From contig REDM01000280.1 of the NCBI GenBank assembly GCA_007693485.1, positions 22,489-86,488 of the forward strand: a DNA stretch of 64,000 bases, given 5' to 3'. The position numbers and the translations under genes were made by a program. The DNA comes from Spirochaetaceae bacterium. Lineage in GTDB: Bacteria > Spirochaetota > Spirochaetia > DSM-27196 > PWMO01. The notes under the pieces were generated by a model. The model was not told where the DNA came from. It did not search any database and saw only the letters and a program-made list of their open reading frames with translations. This document shows, one piece after another, positions 59,326-64,000 of the stretch. Numbering within the stretch: the stretch's first letter is position 1; the number at the start of each line of letters is the position of its first letter.

Positions 59326-61371
59326 TTACCCGTTGATCTTCCCGAGGATCTTGAGCATGTACAGCTCGAGGTAGGTCTTGAGCGCGTCTTTTCGGCGAAT
59401 TTGATTGAACACATCGCTCTGAGAGAGTTTCTCGGCAAACCCCTGGATTCGCGCTCGATCAGGGGGAATGAGGCGAAACCCGACCTTCATCCGACGAAGA
59501 AAATCTCGCACCAGCGAGTTCACATCCTCTACCAGGTTGCTCTTGGCGACGGGATCGAGCAGAGGGTTCCACCGTTCGATCAGTTCTTCGAGCTTTGCAT
59601 CAACACTACCGCCGTCGCCAACGTACCCTTTTTGCAGCTCTTCGATGCGCCGGCGAAACTCCTGCGCCTGAACCTTTCGCGTTGCTCCACCCGACGTTGG
59701 TGTTGAATCCCGTGACGGAGCGGTCCGGCCGCCATCCGCCCCGCGTGCGTCACCCAGTTGCATCACGGTGGAGTCCTGACGGTCCTCAGTGACCGGAGCG
59801 GCGGTAGAGGACAAAATCCGAGCGGCTTTTCGAGGGCCTTTCTTCCGGCGGCTGCGCTCGATCTGTCCCGGCGTCCTGGTTCCGAGAAACACCCGCTGCA
59901 GAAAGCGTACGAACGCATTCAGCCACGGAAAAGCCTGCCAGAACGGAAGCAGGAGACGCGCATCGTCTGCGAGTTTTTTGCGGTCAAGTTGCAGAATCTG
60001 ATGCATGGGCCGTATGGCTCGTGCCTCACGATCAAACAGCCGGTTAATCTCTGCCGCCGCCTCGCCCATCAGTTTCTGTTCTCCTGCACAGAGGTAGAGC
60101 AGGTCAAAGCGAAGTAACGCGCAGATCATCGGGTATCGCTCGGTCATGCGGGTCTGCACGTCTTGGGAGAAGGTTGCGTCATCGGTCATTTCGGTTGGCC
60201 GGCGGTCTTCCTTCATCGCACCGACCCACGTGTCCACGTAGTGATCGGCAAACTCGCGGGAGATGTCGAAGAGGCGCTCGATCAGCACTTTGAGAACAAA
60301 CTCCTTGCGGATGTAGTAGTCTTTGCCGTCGGGGCCCTTCACGCGGACAACCGGAGCGAGCTCGTTGGCGGAGCCCGGACGGAGGCGTTCCGCGAGATAA
60401 TCGTGAATGTCCTGCGTGGTGTAGCGCTTGGTGAGCAGCACTCCCTTTGCATCGGTAAAGTTGTAGATGTCGGAAATCGTAAACGCGTACGGTTCCTTGC
60501 TCAGTCGGTTGTCGAGCATCTGCACCGCCATTTCGGTTTCGCGGCGTCGCTGGACAATCGCTTTATGGTGTACATTGTAGTAACCGAGCAGGTATGCTGC
60601 CTGGGCGTAATCGTGATCTTCCTGAAGCTTGTCTTTCTTGGGCGCAATATCCTTGATCAGAACGCTCGAGAGCGTTGTCCAGAAGTGGAAGCTGAAATCG
60701 TCGGGCTCCATGACGGATCGGATCGCGCTGTCCGGCGTGGTGAGGATCCGCTGCAGCATTTCCTTGAGCATGCTTTCCCGGTTGCGAAACGCACCACCGA
60801 GCTTGCTGCGAATGTAACTGACGTTTTTTTCACTGCGCAGATAGGCGCGAATCTTCTGTACTGAGAGCTCAGCGAGCGTGCGGGGGAACTGTTGGGAGCC
60901 GGCGAGGATGGACTTGACCCCGTCGGGGAACATCAACCGGACCACTACCGGGGGCTCGTCCTGGGATCGGGCGAGCCATGAAACGAAGTCGGTTCGAACA
61001 TCAACGGGAAACACCGCATCTGCGGGGATGGTAACCCCGATCATGGATTCGTCGGGGAAGGGAAGAAGCGGCCGGTCGTGCATCTTCTGATAGTGCCCGG
61101 AAACCAGAGACGGGTAGAACTCCCGGTAGTCGATCGAAACAATCTTACCGCCGGTGGAGTGGACGGCTACACGCCCCGATTTCTCAAGCTCGAGCAGGCG
61201 AGCGGCAAGCAGGTTCTCGGTGTTGTCTTCGAGATCACGCAGGTCATCGTTATCGACCTTCTCCAGATACCGCGTGGTAAACGTCAAGAGTTGAGAGAAC
61301 TCAACCTGCGCAGTTTTGGCTCGCCGGGTGTAGGTCTGGAGGATTCGAAGGACGTCGTCAACGGTAGACAT
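59326..61371 (-). CDS. Hypothetical 681-aa protein
   Basis: Long uninterrupted ORF with gene-like codon bias. It has a basic/Ser-Thr-rich disordered segment (RSRRKKGPRKAARILSS...), but no motif I can recognise. Confidence 0.6.
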   Translation of the reverse strand: MSTVDDVLRILQTYTRRAKTAQVEFSQLLTFTTRYLEKVDNDDLRDLEDNTENLLAARLLELEKSGRVAVHSTGGKIVSIDYREFYPSLVSGHYQKMHDRPLLPFPDESMIGVTIPADAVFPVDVRTDFVSWLARSQDEPPVVVRLMFPDGVKSILAGSQQFPRTLAELSVQKIRAYLRSEKNVSYIRSKLGGAFRNRESMLKEMLQRILTTPDSAIRSVMEPDDFSFHFWTTLSSVLIKDIAPKKDKLQEDHDYAQAAYLLGYYNVHHKAIVQRRRETEMAVQMLDNRLSKEPYAFTISDIYNFTDAKGVLLTKRYTTQDIHDYLAERLRPGSANELAPVVRVKGPDGKDYYIRKEFVLKVLIERLFDISREFADHYVDTWVGAMKEDRRPTEMTDDATFSQDVQTRMTERYPMICALLRFDLLYLCAGEQKLMGEAAAEINRLFDREARAIRPMHQILQLDRKKLADDARLLLPFWQAFPWLNAFVRFLQRVFLGTRTPGQIERSRRKKGPRKAARILSSTAAPVTEDRQDSTVMQLGDARGADGGRTAPSRDSTPTSGGATRKVQAQEFRRRIEELQKGYVGDGGSVDAKLEELIERWNPLLDPVAKSNLVEDVNSLVRDFLRRMKVGFRLIPPDRARIQGFAEKLSQSDVFNQIRRKDALKTYLELYMLKILGKING

Positions 61372-61463
61372 GGAGAAGCGTCCCCCCCGAAGTCAGGATA
61401 TTTGAAGACTGAGCTCATAGTACCTGCCTTCACGAGCTGGCGCAAGCGCGTGTGCCACTGGAT

Positions 61464-61492
61464 TTGACACGTGCCCTGCGGCGCGATACTAT
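61464..61492 (+). promoter_or_regulatory. Sigma70-like promoter TTGACA-17-TACTAT, 10 nt from the lipoprotein ATG
   Basis: -35 at 61464-61469 and -10 at 61487-61492, then ATACAGCAGT, then ATG 61503. No SD. Confidence 0.5.
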
Positions 61493-61502
61493 ATACAGCA
61501 GT

Positions 61503-62102
61503 ATGAAAAGTAACCGCGTCGTTGTCCTGTTGGCAGGGGTACTTGTCGCGTTTCTCTGGTTCTCCTGTGCGGGCACCCCGCAACCGTCGGAGGAAGCCCC
61601 CGTCGCCGCCACTCGCCCCGAGACAACGCCGCAACCAGAAACCGAGCCCGCTCCCCCCGCTGTCAATGATATCGAACCGGAACCACCACCGGCCGCCGAA
61701 CCCGAAGTGGAGGAGACATTCGAGGTTACCGAAGAGCTGTTCGAGCAGACCTTCTCCGAGGTAGAGCGCGTCATTGGCCAGTTGAACACCGTGATTCAGC
61801 GCCGGGACTATCGGCGATGGCTGACCTACCTGACGCCGGAGTACGTCGCCCACTATTCGAGCCCGGAAACGCTGCGCGAAATTTCGGATATGCCCATCCT
61901 GACGCGAAACGAGATCGTTCTTCGCTCACTGGAGGACTATTTTGAGTGGGTTGTCGCTCCAAGCCGCGCCAATGCACGGTTGGATGATCTCACCTTTCTC
62001 AACCCCGATCAGGTCGAAGCGATCATGGTCATTCAGGGCCGTCCGGCCATTCTGTATCGATTGCGGAATGTCGATGGGAGCTGGAAAATCGATGTCTTTT
62101 AG
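61503..62102 (+). CDS. Hypothetical lipoprotein with a Pro/Glu-rich linker
   Basis: MKSNRVVVLLAGVLVAFLWFSCAG lipobox, then a PE-rich spacer and a ~120-aa C-terminal globular part. Confidence 0.6.
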   Translation: MKSNRVVVLLAGVLVAFLWFSCAGTPQPSEEAPVAATRPETTPQPETEPAPPAVNDIEPEPPPAAEPEVEETFEVTEELFEQTFSEVERVIGQLNTVIQRRDYRRWLTYLTPEYVAHYSSPETLREISDMPILTRNEIVLRSLEDYFEWVVAPSRANARLDDLTFLNPDQVEAIMVIQGRPAILYRLRNVDGSWKIDVF

Positions 62103-62134
62103 TCTATACTGTTCGTAGTCTCAATCAGGAGCAT

Positions 62135-62857
62135 TTGATGAAGCGATCGGTAGCAATCTTTCTGGTGTCGGTAATAATTGTCGGGGGTCTTGCGGCGCAA
62201 CAGTCGCAAGGCACGGAAGAGCGGCGCCAGTATACGATTGAAGAACTCTATCTCAGTCAGGACATTGAACTGCAGATCATTCGGGGACTTGCAACCGCCG
62301 AAAGCCGAGAGATGAAACTCCTGGCCCTGCAGAGCGTTCGATCAATGATTCAGTCGGGTACCCTCACCGACGACAACCCGGCACTCTTCATTGTACTCGA
62401 GTCGCTGGCAACCGAAGGTACATCGCGTCAGGTGCGCATGGGCGGTAATCGCATTGCGAACAACTTCCCCGATATTCGCCGTGAGGCCGCGAGCCTGCTG
62501 GGTGAGATTGGCGGTGAGCAATCGAAGAACGTGCTGCTGCAAATTCTTCGCGATGATCCCGAGCCGATGGTGCTCGCTGAAGCGGTGTACGCTCTTGGTC
62601 TGATCGGATTGAACGAAGAAAATGATGTCACTACCCACGTCGCGCGAGTACTCAGCCGACAGACAATTCAGACCGCACCCGACAATAACCTCGCATTTGC
62701 CTCACTGCTGGCAATAGAACGGCTGGCGCAAACGGGTGATGGAATCTGGGACCCTACGGTAATCGACGCGCTTCTGGCCGTTGCGTCAGGGAACTACATC
62801 CGCGAGGTTCGCCTTAAAGCCATCGATGTCATCTCCAGGCTGCGGAGTGGACGGTAG
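62135..62857 (+). CDS. Secreted HEAT-repeat protein
   Basis: Signal peptide MMKRSVAIFLVSVIIVGGLAAQ, then repeated HEAT-like units (e.g. DIRREAASLLGEIGG and DPEPMVLAEAVYALGLIG). Confidence 0.68.
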   Translation: MMKRSVAIFLVSVIIVGGLAAQQSQGTEERRQYTIEELYLSQDIELQIIRGLATAESREMKLLALQSVRSMIQSGTLTDDNPALFIVLESLATEGTSRQVRMGGNRIANNFPDIRREAASLLGEIGGEQSKNVLLQILRDDPEPMVLAEAVYALGLIGLNEENDVTTHVARVLSRQTIQTAPDNNLAFASLLAIERLAQTGDGIWDPTVIDALLAVASGNYIREVRLKAIDVISRLRSGR

Positions 62858-63548
62858 CGAGCAGTCTCGGTCCGTCGGTTCGAAAGCCAATAAGCGTCGT
62901 CTCATTCTGGCGGTGAAATACGCCGCCATCACGCTCAAATTTTCGATCATCTTTTTTCTTCTGTTGGTGTTTTACGCAGACTCTGCAATTCGAAATCAGA
63001 CGAATTCGCTGGTGTTCAGCGACGCGAATGATGTTCCTGTGCACCGGGTGGCGCTGCTCCTCGGTACGGCTCCGTACCAGTCGCACGGCGGAAGAAACCC
63101 ATTTTTTTCGCACCGAATCGACGCTGCGGTCGCGCTCTTTAATGCGGGAAAAGTTGAGTTTATCCTCGCCAGTGGTGATAATCGTCACGTTTCCTACAAC
63201 GAACCGGTTGCCATGAGAAACGAGCTGATTCGTCGCGGAGTTCCCGCTGAACGGATCGTGCTCGACTATGCCGGATTCCGCACGCTTGACTCGATTATCC
63301 GCACGAGAGAAGTGTTTGGTCAGGAACGATTTGTGGTGATCTCGCAACGGTTTCACATCGAGCGAGCGCTCTACATTGCGGAGAACGCCGGGATGCAGGC
63401 CGTTGGATTTCGCGCCCGCGATGTAGACGGGCAGGCGATGATGAGGGTGCAGGTGCGTGAATATCTCGCACGGGTGAAGGCCCTCGCGGACGTACATCTC
63501 TTTCGCGCTTCTCCAAGGTTTCTCGGGGATCCGATCCCCATCGAGTGA
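62847..63548 (+). CDS. sanA: SanA/YdcF (DUF218) family protein
   Basis: N-terminal TM, then ALLLGTAPY...NPFFSHRIDAAVALFNAGKVEFILASGDN...EPVAMRNELIRRGVP...LDYAGFRTLDS. GTG 62847 was chosen (11-nt overlap with the upstream gene); the ORF opens at 62781. Confidence 0.78.
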   Translation: MDGSEQSRSVGSKANKRRLILAVKYAAITLKFSIIFFLLLVFYADSAIRNQTNSLVFSDANDVPVHRVALLLGTAPYQSHGGRNPFFSHRIDAAVALFNAGKVEFILASGDNRHVSYNEPVAMRNELIRRGVPAERIVLDYAGFRTLDSIIRTREVFGQERFVVISQRFHIERALYIAENAGMQAVGFRARDVDGQAMMRVQVREYLARVKALADVHLFRASPRFLGDPIPIE

Positions 63549-63556
63549 GCGCTCGG

Positions 63557-64000
63557 TTACCGCGAATCTGTGAGCGGGCTTCCGTTGGCCAGTTGATCCA
63601 GTGCCCACCGGGCGTGTGCGGCTACGATCGGCTCCGCCCCCTCCGCACGTCGTTTCAAGAGTGATTGCAGATCAAACCGTCTGGTATTCGCCGCCACCAC
63701 GCACGCGTTTCGCTGGAGGCCGACACGACCGGCTCGTGCGAGGGGTGAGCCGGCAAACCGCGCGCGGAACTCCTCATCGGTCTCTATGGACAGTATCTCT
63801 GCGAGCGAAGGGTGGGGGCCGGCGCGGTCGGTGAGGAAGTCCGGCTCGGTTGTCTCGTGTGCGCGGATGTTCAGGGGGCAGGTTTCCTGGCACAGGTCAC
63901 AACCAAACAGCCATCCACCGAGACTGGGACGGAGTTCGACGGGAATTGCGCCGCGATGCTCGATGGTGAGGTAGGATATGCATCGCGACGCGTCGATCTG
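63557..64000 (-). CDS. queG: Epoxyqueuosine reductase QueG, C-terminal 147 aa (5' end outside window)
   Basis: The - strand frame is open from the window edge: QIDASRCISYLTIEHRGAIP...GWLFGCDLCQETCPLN (4Fe-4S/ferredoxin motif of QueG). Not in the ORF track because no start codon lies inside the window. Confidence 0.82.
   Translation of the reverse strand, partial: QIDASRCISYLTIEHRGAIPVELRPSLGGWLFGCDLCQETCPLNIRAHETTEPDFLTDRAGPHPSLAEILSIETDEEFRARFAGSPLARAGRVGLQRNACVVAANTRRFDLQSLLKRRAEGAEPIVAAHARWALDQLANGSPLTDSR

Noticed and set aside
1-64000. CRISPR arrays, rRNA genes, prophage or recognisable defence systems
   Set aside because: No arrays of regularly spaced direct repeats were seen. No rRNA-like conserved segments, phage structural genes, integrase or known defence gene signatures were recognised on either strand.

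Overview
GC-rich chromosomal window whose gene content points to a spirochaete, because it carries periplasmic-flagellum genes: flaA-like x2, flaB x2, flaG, fliD, flgK, flgL, fliW and csrA. The left 15 kb is a flagellar filament and hook-junction region. On the + strand, flgN?-flgK-flgL-fliW-csrA converge on a - strand block: PlzA-like PilZ protein, TPR protein, flaB, flaB, flaG, fliD, three uncharacterised genes (one a membrane-anchored PilZ protein), tsaE, tsaB. Next come housekeeping genes (pfkB-type kinase, zapA, zapB, rplT-rpmI-infC, metXW) and a 1.36-kb IS-like element with 22-bp terminal inverted repeats. These are followed by tandem flaA-like sheath genes and a run of sensory and second-messenger genes: a cNMP-binding histidine kinase, a GAF histidine kinase, a GAF-HD-GYP protein, Crp/Fnr and GGDEF. 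Further right lie a NatAB-like ABC-2 exporter bracketed by duplicated LapA-like mini-genes and a 9-kb cyclic beta-1,2-glucan synthase gene next to tRNA-Leu(TAA). Housekeeping genes then run to the right edge: pcrA, an m5C RNA methyltransferase, a HAD phosphatase, phosphoglucomutase, a dnaQ-like exonuclease, sanA and a queG fragment. Non-coding observations read directly from the sequence are: (1) GGA-in-hairpin CsrA-type sites in both flaB leaders; (2) a 101-nt structured element with mutually exclusive pairings upstream of flaB; (3) two families of short intergenic hairpin or terminator-like repeats; (4) sigma70-like promoters only 6-10 nt from start codons (leaderless architecture); (5) two genes whose conserved N-termini lack a canonical start codon. 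No CRISPR array, rRNA or recognisable defence island was seen. No single clearly novel system was identified. The best candidates are the uncharacterised genes after fliD and the glucan-synthase/ABC/LapA block. All functional calls come from reading the translated ORFs by eye and none was checked against a database.
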